Shown: piece after piece, positions 31,259 to 42,238 of the stretch
Layout: every line of letters starts with the position of its first letter
How positions within the stretch are numbered: the first letter of the stretch is position 1
Assembly (NCBI GenBank): GCA_963796685.1
Contig: CAWCMR010000006.1
Span: 160,001-224,000 of the forward strand
Direction of reading: 5' to 3'
Source: an uncultured delta proteobacterium
GTDB lineage: Bacteria > Myxococcota_A > Polyangia > Fen-1088
Length of the DNA: 64,000 bases
The notes under the pieces: generated by a model
Seen by the model: only the letters and a program-made list of their open reading frames with translations
Told to the model about the DNA's origin: nothing
The model's database searches: none
Position numbers and translations under genes: made by a program

Positions 31259-31459
31259 ATGCGACGACGACTATTTCTCGTGGCGATGTTCCTGCCGGCG
31301 GCAGCATTGGCGTCGCCATCGGGCGGACACGGCGATCCCGTCGCGCCCCTGACGCTGGCGTTGGTCCTGGTTCTGGCCATGGTCATCCTGACGACGCTGC
31401 TCACGCCCTTCGCGCTCAAGGCGAGCCTGGGCCGAAAGCGGTCAGCGGCTCAGAAATAG
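31259..31459 (+). pseudogene. Probable internal-deletion remnant of a CPA2/Kef-type cation:proton antiporter
   Basis: 66 aa joining a signal + GGHGDPVAP.TLAL..VL N-terminus directly to MVILTTLLTPFALK.SL, which resemble the two ends of such antiporters (recognised from memory). Confidence 0.5.
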
Positions 31460-32052
31460 TAGCGCGCGCCGATGCTGCCGTCGGCGTAAATGCCGTACTT
31501 ACCGAACAGGGTGGAGTTGCTGCGCACCGTGAACTCGGGAGCAATTTCGAAGAACAGCTCGATGGGGTTTCCGCGCACGAGGACGGACATTCCCAAAGGC
31601 AAGCGGAATCCACCTTCGGTGTAGCTCAGGCTCTGCCCGGCGGCGAAGGTGTGCCCGAAGGCTCCTCCGATCCCCACATACACCGGCACGATGTACTGGC
31701 CGTCCGACGACGTCCAGGTCCCGGGCATGAACAGGAGGTCGAAGTGCACGCGCAGGTCGTTGCCATCGGCACCTTCGCCGAGCGCGCCTTGAAATGCGAC
31801 GGTCGAGGCGGCCCACAGCTTTGCCGTCACACCCGTCAACATATTGCCGACGCCCAGCCCGAGACCAAAGCGCGCCGGCGAGTTCGGCAGTCCGGAGTAG
31901 GTACGGCTTTCCGGCGGCGAGGAGGGGGCCTGCGGGGCGGGCACGGTCGCCGGGGAGCTCGCGAACCCGGAGTCCTGCGCCGTCGCCGCCGGTGAGGCGA
32001 GCAAAGTCGTTAGAAAGCCCAGATATAGAGCACTCGATGGAATACGGTTCAC
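31450..32052 (-). CDS. Small outer-membrane beta-barrel protein
   Basis: Signal peptide, FGLGLGVG..TGVTAK, YVGIGG, RLPLG, PIELFFEIAP and C-terminal GARYYF beta-signal. Confidence 0.8.
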   Translation of the reverse strand: MNRIPSSALYLGFLTTLLASPAATAQDSGFASSPATVPAPQAPSSPPESRTYSGLPNSPARFGLGLGVGNMLTGVTAKLWAASTVAFQGALGEGADGNDLRVHFDLLFMPGTWTSSDGQYIVPVYVGIGGAFGHTFAAGQSLSYTEGGFRLPLGMSVLVRGNPIELFFEIAPEFTVRSNSTLFGKYGIYADGSIGARYYF

Positions 32053-32124
32053 TTGGTAACCCTTTCGGCCCTGTCCGGGCTTTCTCGAAGAGGCAACGAC
32101 TTTACACTGACCGTTCCTGCGAAC

Positions 32125-32487
32125 CTACTTCTTGGCCTTTTCTTTCTTTTCGGCCTTCTCCTTCTTTTCAGCCTTTGCGGGCTTGGCCTCGGCCGTCTTG
32201 GCTTCGCCAGCCTTGCCCTTCTCCTCCATGGCCTTGCCACCCTTCCCCATCTTGGCGGCCTCGCCCTCCTTGGTCATCATCTCTTGGACCTTGGCTTGAG
32301 CCTGTGCGAGCTGCGACTTCAGGCTTTCGATGGTCGCCCTTTGGCTCGTCGATAGCTTCTGCTCGTTGCCGAGATCGTTCTTGCATGTCTTGAGGGCCTC
32401 TTGGGTCTCCTTGTCTTCGCATGCAGCGCTGGAAAGCAGAAGGGCTCCAAGGCATACCGCCACGAGTGTCTTGAATGTACGGGTCAT
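32125..32487 (-). CDS. Coiled-coil lipoprotein with Lys/Glu-rich tail
   Basis: AAAGGAG RBS, MTRTFKTLVAVCLGALLLSSAAC signal. Confidence 0.75.
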   Translation of the reverse strand: MTRTFKTLVAVCLGALLLSSAACEDKETQEALKTCKNDLGNEQKLSTSQRATIESLKSQLAQAQAKVQEMMTKEGEAAKMGKGGKAMEEKGKAGEAKTAEAKPAKAEKKEKAEKKEKAKK

Positions 32488-32549
32488 GGGTTCTCCTTTG
32501 CGTTCTCTGATGATGTGAAAGGTGCGCTCGTTCTGTCCGGCAGCGCTAA

Positions 32550-32728
32550 AGCAAGCGACATGCCACGAAAACAGGAGCTTCCGCGCCAGAAAATAGCCCT
32601 CTGCGCTGAGGCAGTTTGTCACGCGTGGCAAGTTGCCACGAGGGAGCAATCCAGGCGATCAACGGGTTTGCCGAGATCAGTGTGTTTGCCGGCCCGATTG
32701 CCTTTCCTCGCGCGGCACGGGGATTGCT
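32550..32728. promoter_or_regulatory. Divergent sigma54 promoters sharing a tandem palindromic operator
   Basis: Minus TGGCATGTCGCTTGCT (32565-32550); GAGGCA-GTT-TGTCAC gc GTGGCA-AGT-TGCCAC (32608-32639); plus CGGCACGGGGATTGCT (32713-32728). Confidence 0.8.
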
Positions 32729-32784
32729 GAATGGCTGCGTGCCCACAGCCGGAGTCGTGTTAATCCGCGCTAGACTCGAACCCT

Positions 32785-34267
32785 ATGAAACTCGCGGCCA
32801 AACTGACAGCCTTCATCCTGACCGCCATGCTGCTGGTGTTCGCTGTGCGCGGCTACCAGGCCGCGCGCGCCCAGATGGCGGTCGCGGAACGGCGTTCGCG
32901 CGAGAATGCCCTGCTGATCGGGCGTGCATTGCGGCCGGCCTTGGTGGAGATCTGGGGCGGGGAGGGCCCTACCACGGCGCTGGAGATGCTTTCGTACGCG
33001 GCGGATCGCGTGCGACGGACCCAGCAGCTGGAATTGCGTTTCGTGCACTTGACCGATGGGCCCGGGATGGGGTCGCATCCGCTCGTCCATCTCGATCGTC
33101 TTGCTGGCCTCGGCCCCGACGAGGAACGATCCTTCGTGGAGAAGGTCGCAGGGAACGAAACCCTGCTTACGTACTTGCCCGTGAGGGTCAAGGGCGAGAC
33201 GGTTGGCGCCCTGGAGGTCGCCGGATCTCTCACCGAGCGCGACAAGGAGTTCCGCGCCGAAATCATGCAAATCCTGGGACGCACGGCCTTGGCAGCACTT
33301 GGCGCCTTCGTGGCGGTGGGGGTGGCCGGGGTTCTGCTTGTCGGCCGGCCCATGCGCCGTTTGGTGGCCAAGGCCCGGCGCATTGGTGCCGGTGACCTGA
33401 CGGGGCCGCTCGACCTGAAGCAACGAGACGAGGTGGGCGAGCTGGCCTTGGAAATCAATCAGATGTGCGAGCGCTTGGCTGCAGCTCAGGCACGGGTGGA
33501 AGAAGAAACCACCCGCCGGCTGGTCGAGTCCGAGCAACTCCGCCATGCGGATCGCCTGACGACGGTGGGCAAGCTGGCCTCGGGCGTGGCCCACGAGCTG
33601 GGCACGCCGCTGAACGTGGTCTCGGGGCGAGCCAAGATGATCGTTCGCGGGCAGGTTACCGGCGCCGCGGTGGTGGAAAACGCGCAAGCCATCGCCGATC
33701 AAGCGGAGCGGATGACCAACATCATCAAGCAATTGCTGGGCTTCGCGCGCCGGAGACAGCCCCAGCACAGAAAGGAGAGCCTGCGCGGGGTGGTCGAACG
33801 GACGTTGGCGCTGCTTGGGCCTATGGCCGAGAAGTCCCAGGTCGCCTTCGTGCCCAGCCACGGCGAGCCGGAGCCCTTCGCGGACATCGACGTTTCCCTG
33901 ATCGAGCAGGCTCTCACCAACCTGGTGGTGAACGCCATACAAGCGATGCCCATGGGCGGCTCGCTCACGGTTCGCTCGTGCGAAGAGGTCGTTTCGCCGC
34001 CCGCGGGGGCGCCCGATTCATCCACCGGCAGCTACGCATGCCTGCACGTCGAGGACACGGGAATGGGGATGACCAGCGAGCAACTTCGTCACGCGTTCGA
34101 GCCCTTCTTCACCACCAAGGATGTGGGAAGCGGTACCGGCCTCGGGCTGTCGGTCGCCCACGGCATCGTACGCGATCACGGGGGCTGGATCGCCGCCACC
34201 AGCACGCTGGACAAAGGAAGTCGATTCTCCATCTATCTGCCCTCGGTCCACAAAGCGGAGGGAACCC

Positions 34268-34275
<8 letters not shown>
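32785..34275 (+). CDS. Sensor histidine kinase (HAMP, NtrB-like)
   Basis: Two TM helices, HAMP, LASGVAHELGTPLN, NLVVNAIQAM, FEPFFTTK..G.GTGLGL. Confidence 0.95.
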
Positions 34276-35628
<1,353 letters not shown>

Positions 35629-35629
<1 letters not shown>

Positions 35630-35723
35630 TGGCAATCCGCCACGCGCGGGGCAATCGGCCACGGGGCATGGGCGAACGGCTTGGCGCCGAACTGGGGATA
35701 TCGGCGCGGGCACGCGGGATGCA
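35629..35723 (+). promoter_or_regulatory. Tandem palindromic operator plus sigma54 promoter
   Basis: GTGGCA-ATC-CGCCAC gcgc GGGGCA-ATC-GGCCAC (35629-35662); GGGCACGCGGGATGCA (35708-35723). Confidence 0.72.
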
Positions 35724-35745
35724 GACGTGCCCCGCCAGGAAGTCG

Positions 35746-36220
35746 ATGTCCGACGCACCAGATTCGAAAGCCGAGGCGGACGTCCTCGGCTCACCGGGAA
35801 CAGCTGCACGAGAACCTCGCACGCGCCGGAGGCGCATCCTGCTGGCCGAGGACGATGCCGCCTTCTGTACGTTGCTACAAGAGGCCTTCGTGCGCGACGG
35901 TTATGATGTGGTCGCGGTGAGGGACGGAACGGAGTTGCTCGAACGACTCGGCGGTCTGTCGCCCGCGAGCTCGGCTGTGGAGACCTTCGACGTCGTGGTG
36001 TCCGACGTTCGCATGCCGGGATGGACGGGCCTGAACGTCCTCGTGACCGTGGGTCGCTTGGAGAAGCTCGCCGCCTCCGGTTGTGCTCATCACCGCCTTC
36101 GGCGACGAGCGGCTGCACGAACAGGCCATGCGGGCAGGGGCCATCGCGGTGCTCGACAAACCTTTCGAAATCGACGATCTGCGCGCCATCGTCAACCGCC
36201 TGTGGACCCTCGAGGACTAG
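35746..36220 (+). pseudogene. Stand-alone receiver response regulator (paralog 3), one extra base near 36064
   Basis: ILLAEDD...VVSDVRMPGWTGL in one frame, PPPVVLITAFGD...VLDKPFEIDDLR...stop 36220 in the next frame. Confidence 0.8.
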
Positions 36221-36244
36221 TCGTTGTGGCCGCCAGGCCGGCTT

Positions 36245-36727
36245 TCACGAAAGCACCTGCTCGACGAGCTCGAGCAGGTAGTCGATCTCGAACGGCTTGT
36301 CGAGCAGGGTCACGGCACCCAATTCGCGCGCGCGCTTGTGGGTGTCCTGGTCCCCGAAGGCGGTGAAAAGGATGAAGGGCGGCATGCCCGGCGTCCGTCC
36401 GAGCTTTGCCAGCGCTTCCAGCCCTGGCCACCCGGGCATGCGCAGATCCGTGAGCACCATATCGAACGGCGCGAAGGTTCCATCCGGGCTCAGCGAATCT
36501 CCCAGGATGTCGATCAAGTCCACGCCGTTGGACACCGCGACGACCTGGTACCCATCCTTGCGCAGCACCGACGAGAGCAGAAATCGAAATGGACCATCGT
36601 CCTCGGCGAGCAGCAGGCGCTGAGCGCCCGGGTGGATGTCGAGCTTCGCGTCGGGCATGATCCGGGCGGCGTATTCCACACCCGAGTCCTCTTGTTGGAG
36701 AGTTGGCATGTCATGAATCACCTGCAT
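36245..36727 (-). CDS. Stand-alone receiver response regulator (paralog 4); true start probably GTG 36679 or later
   Basis: LLLAEDD, VLTDLRMPGW, FTAFG, LLDKPF. A sigma54-like AGGCATCCTTCATGCA at 36738-36723 overlaps the ORF-track start. Confidence 0.88.
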   Translation of the reverse strand: MQVIHDMPTLQQEDSGVEYAARIMPDAKLDIHPGAQRLLLAEDDGPFRFLLSSVLRKDGYQVVAVSNGVDLIDILGDSLSPDGTFAPFDMVLTDLRMPGWPGLEALAKLGRTPGMPPFILFTAFGDQDTHKRARELGAVTLLDKPFEIDYLLELVEQVLS

Positions 36728-36762
36728 GAAGGATGCCTAAGACCAATCGAGGGCCCGTGGTG

Positions 36763-37047
36763 CTAGAGATTTTCGAAGGTCTTGACGAGCTCCGGCAGAA
36801 AGCTCCGACGGATTTCGATCAGGCTCTTCTGACTTGCCTTTGGAATTGCGCTCACCAGAAATCCATCGGGACGTTGCAGGTCGCCTTCGACCTGATCGTC
36901 CTCGAAATCGTAGTGGGTGGGCGCCGGGGCCGCCGCTTCTTCTTGACCGGAATTGGTCGTGGTGGTCTTTGCAGTCGTGGTGGTATTTGCGAGTGCTGGG
37001 ACCGCCAATCCCATGCTCAGCAGTAGAGCAATGGCAAATTTCTTCAT
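36763..37047 (-). CDS. cglF: CglF/GltF-like small secreted gliding-motility protein
   Basis: CAGGAGG RBS, signal peptide, then YDFEDDQVEGDLQRPDG...SLIEIRRSFLPELVKTFENL, which matches the CglF pattern DF....I/VEG.L.xP.G...SLI..R..F.PEL.K...NL. Confidence 0.75.
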   Translation of the reverse strand: MKKFAIALLLSMGLAVPALANTTTTAKTTTTNSGQEEAAAPAPTHYDFEDDQVEGDLQRPDGFLVSAIPKASQKSLIEIRRSFLPELVKTFENL

Positions 37048-37105
37048 GGCTTACCTCCTGGTGTCGGCTTGCGACAGGGTGGTCGAAGCCGTCATCCCCG
37101 AAGGG

Positions 37106-37193
37106 TGCATTTGCGATGCCAAGAACGGGAACGGACGCCCGGCGTCGGCAGAGCGCGCCGAAGCGCAAGGCCGTGCCTGGCATCGCGCATGCA
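37106..37193. promoter_or_regulatory. Back-to-back sigma54 promoters
   Basis: Minus TGGCATCGCAAATGCA (37121-37106) facing cglF; plus TGGCATCGCGCATGCA (37178-37193) facing receiver paralog 5. Confidence 0.75.
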
Positions 37194-37222
37194 GCTCTAC
37201 TTTGGCCGAAGGAGATGTTGCC

Positions 37223-37690
37223 ATGCACCTAAGCGTGGAACCAAGCGAATCGACTGGCAGGCGAGCTTCGACCAAGGCCAGCGTGCATGCGCCAAGACGC
37301 CCGCGCGTCCTCGTCGCCGAGGACGAGTGGACCTTTCGAGCCATGCTGTTGTGGGCCTTCGAGGTGGAGGGCTACCGGGTCCTCGGGGTGGCCGATGGGC
37401 GCAAGCTGCTCGAGGTGCTGGCCTCCTCGATGCTGACCACCACCGGGCTCGATCCGTTCGATATGGTCGTCTCGGACATCAGGATGCCTGGGTGGAGCGG
37501 CCTTCCCGCGCTGGAGGAGCTGTGTCGCAGTCCGCTCGTGCCCCCGGTCGTCGTCATCACCGCCTTCGGCAGCGATGACCTTCACCATCGCGTCCAAGAG
37601 GCAGGCGCGGCCGCGGTCCTGGACAAGCCGTTCGACTTGGCCGACCTGACCGCGCTCGTGCGCCGTTTGATGGCCGTGCGCTCCGCTTGA
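37223..37690 (+). CDS. Stand-alone receiver response regulator (paralog 5)
   Basis: GAAGGAG RBS; VLVAEDE, VVSDIRMPGWSGL, ITAFG, VLDKPF. Closest in sequence to paralog 1. Confidence 0.9.
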   Translation: MHLSVEPSESTGRRASTKASVHAPRRPRVLVAEDEWTFRAMLLWAFEVEGYRVLGVADGRKLLEVLASSMLTTTGLDPFDMVVSDIRMPGWSGLPALEELCRSPLVPPVVVITAFGSDDLHHRVQEAGAAAVLDKPFDLADLTALVRRLMAVRSA

Positions 37691-37773
37691 GATATCGTCC
37701 CCGAGTCGCAGGCCAGGGAGCTGGCCACGGGCTTGACCGTCGGTGCACCAGCTCCTGGCTCGCGTCGATCGCG

Positions 37774-38853
37774 CTAAGGCGAGGGTAGAATGAGCGCACC
37801 GGAGGCGGTGGCGCTGCCCACCGGGAAATTCCCAACCAGGCTGAGGAAATCACCGCTCCGCTTGCTGCGTGCGTAGCTGAGCAGCACCGGCGCCCCACTG
37901 CTCATGCCGAGAACCCCCACCCATCCATCCATCATGTCGATGTCGAAGACCGTGTCCCCTGAAATGCTGGCCGCCGCGCCGGTGTAGCTGGTGAAGGCAT
38001 TCGGACCAAGGTGCCCGCACGAGATCGTCATGCTGCCAGGGTTGGTGATGCAGGCTTCGTTGTCCTCATTGGCAGCCCAGCAGGCCGCGACTTCCTTGGT
38101 TGGAACAACCTGGATCACATCGAGGCCACTGACGACGGGAACGGCCGACTGGTTGGCATTGCTGGCCAAGTGCGCGATGGGTGCCACGACCAGATCCCCG
38201 ACCGCCGTGATGCCGACAATCACGCCGGCGGGAACGCCGGCAACCGGCGTGGCGCTGCCCTGAATATTGCCGTCTCTTCCAAGCGAAAAGGCTTCGAGCG
38301 AGCCGCTCTTTTCCGAGACGTAGGCATACCCGTCGGCAAGCACGACCTGGGCCGCCAATCCGTCCGCTACCAGCAGTGGCTGGGTGCTTGCGGCCATCAC
38401 CTCGCCTTTCCGGAAGAAGAGCAGGCGCGTGCCCGTCAGCACGTAGGCGCCTCGCTCGCTCAGTGCCCCGGAGAGCGAGCCCTCGCCATCGGTCTGAAGC
38501 ATGGCGGGCGACCTCAACTGTCCTCCGGCCAGCTCGAAGAGCACTGCGCCCTGCGACTGGTTCGTCACGAGCACGTGCCGTTCATCGCGGACCAGGCTTC
38601 CCGCAATGCCTCCAGGGGAAGCCATCGTGGCCCCGACCGCGACAGATTGCGTGGTTGCGCCGGTCACGGTGTTCTTGCAAAGGACGGACCCCGGCTGTCC
38701 AACGCCCGAAGAGGCCAGCGTACAGAGCTGATCCCCCCTTGCGCCGTTTCCCGACGGGTGATCGGCCAGTGCTTGGCTGCTGGCCGTCATGACGAGCAAG
38801 CCCAGTACGACGACACAGGATTGCCAGGTATGACTTGGCATACGACTTTTCAT
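37774..38853 (-). CDS. Secreted hypothetical protein, beta-rich (possible beta-propeller)
   Basis: AAAGGA RBS, signal peptide ending ALA-D, repeated short beta-strand segments. Confidence 0.7.
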   Translation of the reverse strand: MKSRMPSHTWQSCVVVLGLLVMTASSQALADHPSGNGARGDQLCTLASSGVGQPGSVLCKNTVTGATTQSVAVGATMASPGGIAGSLVRDERHVLVTNQSQGAVLFELAGGQLRSPAMLQTDGEGSLSGALSERGAYVLTGTRLLFFRKGEVMAASTQPLLVADGLAAQVVLADGYAYVSEKSGSLEAFSLGRDGNIQGSATPVAGVPAGVIVGITAVGDLVVAPIAHLASNANQSAVPVVSGLDVIQVVPTKEVAACWAANEDNEACITNPGSMTISCGHLGPNAFTSYTGAAASISGDTVFDIDMMDGWVGVLGMSSGAPVLLSYARSKRSGDFLSLVGNFPVGSATASGALILPSP

Positions 38854-39223
38854 GGCTCACGTTCCTTTCTTGTTCGCGCGGTCCCCCAAACCTCTGGGCG
38901 GATACCGCGATTTCCTCCGCTTACGAAGCTCGTCGGGAACGGTTACTTGGAAAAATCTTGCATCTTACGCGCCATGGCAATCGGGGAGGAGAGCCGTCGA
39001 TGCGCCGAAAGAGAAGGCCAGTGTCCTGTTCGGCTTCAAATACGGCTACGTTCGACGCGCCATCGAGCCATCGTCGACCAAGTCGACCTGCTCGGAGGGG
39101 ATAAGCAATTTTGGCACCACATTACTTGTTCTCTGGATTCCCGTAACAGAACCGTCGCGGAGTGTTGACGATCCGCTCACGAGAACTTCCGTATGGTGAC
39201 CCCGCCCACTGAAGGAGATCACC

Positions 39224-42178
39224 ATGTTGCTCGATCGTCGCAGACTCTCTCGAACGCAATTGCTCCCCCTCGGAGCCCTAGCAACCCTTGCCGTCTTTGC
39301 CGTCTTCACTGGCTGTGGCCAGCACGAAGACCCTGCTGCCGGCTCCGGCGGCGCGGACTTGACCGTCAAGACGCTGCTGAGCACCGCTAACGTCACCGCC
39401 GTAACCGCCACGATTTCCGGCCCCGCCCTCTCCACGCCCCGCTCCGTCGCGCTTTCTTCGAGCACCACCGGAACCTGGGGCGCTCTCATCGGCGCGCTTC
39501 CAGCCGGCACCGGCTACGTCTTCAACGTCAGCGCCACCGACGTGAGCAGCGCCATACAGTACGCCGGCGTCGCCTCCAACGTCACCATCGTCCCGAATGT
39601 GGTGACCAGTGTCGTCATCACGGCCCAGCAGGCCGCGGCGCCGACGCCTTTCCAGAACTCGCTCCCCGTGATCGACGCGTTCGTCCTCTCGTCGAGCAAC
39701 GTCGCTCCGGGCGCCACCATCACCGCCGCGGTCACGGCCCACGATCCGGACGCTGGCGACACCCTCACGTACGCCTGGACGGTCAGTCCCAAGGGGAGTG
39801 TCTTCTCGGCCCCGACCGCCGCGACCACCAACTGGACCGCGCCCACCACGGCCGGCGCGTACACGCTCACCATCGCCGTCACCGATAACCACGGCGGGAC
39901 CGCCTCGGCCTCGGTCGTGGTGAACGTCTCGACCGGTAACGGCGTGGGCCAAGCCTCCCTCTCCGTCAACCTCAACACCTGGCCGGTGGTGACCAACATG
40001 GTCGCGGCTCCGAGCTACCTCGTCCTTGGCAAGCCGACCAAGCTGACCGCGGTTACCAGCGATGCGGACGGCGACCCTCTGACCTACGCCTGGACCAGCA
40101 CCTGCGCCGCCGGCTCGTTCAGCGCCGCCATGGCCCCCGTCACCACCTTCACCTTGCCCGCTGGCGACCCCGACACCAGCTGCTCGTTCAGCGTCGCCGT
40201 CAGCGACGGCCGTGGTGGCTCGACCACCGGTCAGGCCACCCTGCCCGTCGGCGCTCCTACTGCGGTCAGCTCTCCAGTCTTCACGGGCAGCTCGCAATCG
40301 CCCAACGTCGTGACCCCTGGCATGAGCGTGACCTTCCAGGTCACCGCCTCGGATCCGCAATCGAGCGCTCTCACCTTCACCTGGATTGCTCTTACGGGCA
40401 CCGTCTCGGGCCAGACCAACACTGCCAATTCGTCGCAGATCACCTGGACCGCCCCGGCCGGGACCTCGTCTAGCTCCACGGTATCCGCCGTGGCGACCGA
40501 TGCCCTCGGCCTGACCGTTGAGCTCGACTTCGCGGTCACGGCTTGCGCGGCCGCATTGAAGTGGCCCTACCTCATCTACCCCGGCCAGAACTCGACGATG
40601 CAGGTGCTCTGGCAGGACAACAACGCCGGCGAGTCGAATAGCGTTCGCTGGGGTACCGACACGAGCTACGGCCTCGGCAGCGCGGTCGCGCCCGAGTTCG
40701 GCGACAAGCAGCACTCGTACACCATCACCGGGCTGCAGCCGGACACGAAGTACTACTACCAGGTGACCGACACGTCCGTCCCGGCCTGCGTCTACGGCCA
40801 GGGCTCGTTCATCACCGCGCCGCTGGCCGACGCGACGTCCATCCGCTTCATCGGCCAGGGCGACTCTCGCAGCCAGCCGTTCGCGCTCGACAACCTGATG
40901 CAGGCGCTCACCCAGTTCACCTCCCAGCCCGAAAACGCGGACTACCAGCGCTTCGCCATCCACAACGGCGACTGGGTCAGCACCGACGGCGAGAGCTACT
41001 GGACGAGCCAATGGTTCGATCCCACCAAGAAGGACATCGTCGCGTACACGGCCAATACGCCCATCGACGGCGTCAAGGGCAACCACGACAACGCTTCGGG
41101 CTACAGCACCACTTTCCCGAAGTACTTCCCCTTCCCGTACCCGAACGCGACGCTCAAGGCTGGGACCGGGACCGGGACCAGCACTCCGGCCGCGTACAAC
41201 AACCTCTACTGGTCCATGGACTACGGCCCGGTCCACCTCACCTACGTCGACGAGTACTCGAGCTTTGCGCCTGGTTCGCAGCAGTACACCTGGCTCACGA
41301 ACGACCTCGCCACCACCACCAAGCCTTGGAAGATCCTCGTCTATCACGAGCCGGCGTACTCCGCGGGCTCGGACGGCGACAACACCTCCGCCCAAACCTA
41401 CCTCGAGCCGCTCATCACCCAGTATGGCGTGGACCTCGTCTTCGCCGGTCACAGCCACAACTACGCTCGTACCGGTGCCTATAACCTGACCCAGGCCCAG
41501 GGCGACCACATCGCCCTCAACGTCCCGCACATCACCAGCGGCGGCGGCGGCGCGCCGGTCTATCAGCCCGACATGACCAACACCCACAGCAAGTACCCGC
41601 ACGTCATCACGGCCTGGCCTGCCTTCGAGTTCGTGACCTTCGACGTGAAGCCGACCACGCTCACCATGACCGCCTACCAGGTCAACAACGTGAGCTTGAC
41701 GGCCATCATGACGCCGGCCGCGCTGACCCTCTCGAAGATCGAGACCATCGTGCTCAATCACTTCAGCAACGTCACGCCGCAGTTCACCGCGACGACGAGC
41801 GCGTTCGTGCAGGATCCGACGACCGGTCACTACATGGGCAACCTGACCCTCACCAACAATGGTACGGATGTTGCCGGAACCGTCGACGTCGTGCTGGACG
41901 GCATCCTGAACCTCGCCGGGATTGGCAATGCAGACAACGAGTACAGCACCGCGAGCCCGCCGCTCGCTTCGAAGATCGCCCAGAACACCGGTTTGGCGAC
42001 GACCGTCACGGTGGTCGGTGCGACCGGCTCTAACAACGGCGAGCCGATGATCCGGGCCACCAGCAGCGGCGTCCTGGCCAGCGGCCAGATCGTCGTTCCG
42101 CTGGAGCTCGACATGGGTACCGGTGGCATCGATCCGAACGCCACCAGCTTCTTCACCCCAGTGGTCCTGAAGGAGTAA
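39224..42178 (+). CDS. Lipoprotein with Ig-like/PKD-type repeats fused to a purple-acid-phosphatase-like metallophosphoesterase
   Basis: GAAGGAG RBS, FTGC lipobox, three A.D.D/Q.D/S.LTY/F.W repeats, FN3-like H...ITGLQPDTKYYYQV, calcineurin-like motifs GDSR, HNGD, GNHD, YHEP, GHSHNY.R. Confidence 0.9.
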   Translation: MLLDRRRLSRTQLLPLGALATLAVFAVFTGCGQHEDPAAGSGGADLTVKTLLSTANVTAVTATISGPALSTPRSVALSSSTTGTWGALIGALPAGTGYVFNVSATDVSSAIQYAGVASNVTIVPNVVTSVVITAQQAAAPTPFQNSLPVIDAFVLSSSNVAPGATITAAVTAHDPDAGDTLTYAWTVSPKGSVFSAPTAATTNWTAPTTAGAYTLTIAVTDNHGGTASASVVVNVSTGNGVGQASLSVNLNTWPVVTNMVAAPSYLVLGKPTKLTAVTSDADGDPLTYAWTSTCAAGSFSAAMAPVTTFTLPAGDPDTSCSFSVAVSDGRGGSTTGQATLPVGAPTAVSSPVFTGSSQSPNVVTPGMSVTFQVTASDPQSSALTFTWIALTGTVSGQTNTANSSQITWTAPAGTSSSSTVSAVATDALGLTVELDFAVTACAAALKWPYLIYPGQNSTMQVLWQDNNAGESNSVRWGTDTSYGLGSAVAPEFGDKQHSYTITGLQPDTKYYYQVTDTSVPACVYGQGSFITAPLADATSIRFIGQGDSRSQPFALDNLMQALTQFTSQPENADYQRFAIHNGDWVSTDGESYWTSQWFDPTKKDIVAYTANTPIDGVKGNHDNASGYSTTFPKYFPFPYPNATLKAGTGTGTSTPAAYNNLYWSMDYGPVHLTYVDEYSSFAPGSQQYTWLTNDLATTTKPWKILVYHEPAYSAGSDGDNTSAQTYLEPLITQYGVDLVFAGHSHNYARTGAYNLTQAQGDHIALNVPHITSGGGGAPVYQPDMTNTHSKYPHVITAWPAFEFVTFDVKPTTLTMTAYQVNNVSLTAIMTPAALTLSKIETIVLNHFSNVTPQFTATTSAFVQDPTTGHYMGNLTLTNNGTDVAGTVDVVLDGILNLAGIGNADNEYSTASPPLASKIAQNTGLATTVTVVGATGSNNGEPMIRATSSGVLASGQIVVPLELDMGTGGIDPNATSFFTPVVLKE

Positions 42179-42188
42179 GTTCGCTAAC

Positions 42189-42228
42189 GGGACGACGGGG
42201 GCCTTCGGGCCCCCGTTTCCCATTTTTT
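42189..42228 (+). terminator. Rho-independent terminator / stabilising hairpin
   Basis: ACGGGGGCC-TTCG-GGCCCCCGT stem with C(UUCG)G loop, outer GGGA/TCCC pairs, followed by ATTTTTT. Confidence 0.85.
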
Positions 42229-42238
42229 GTGATTGGAA

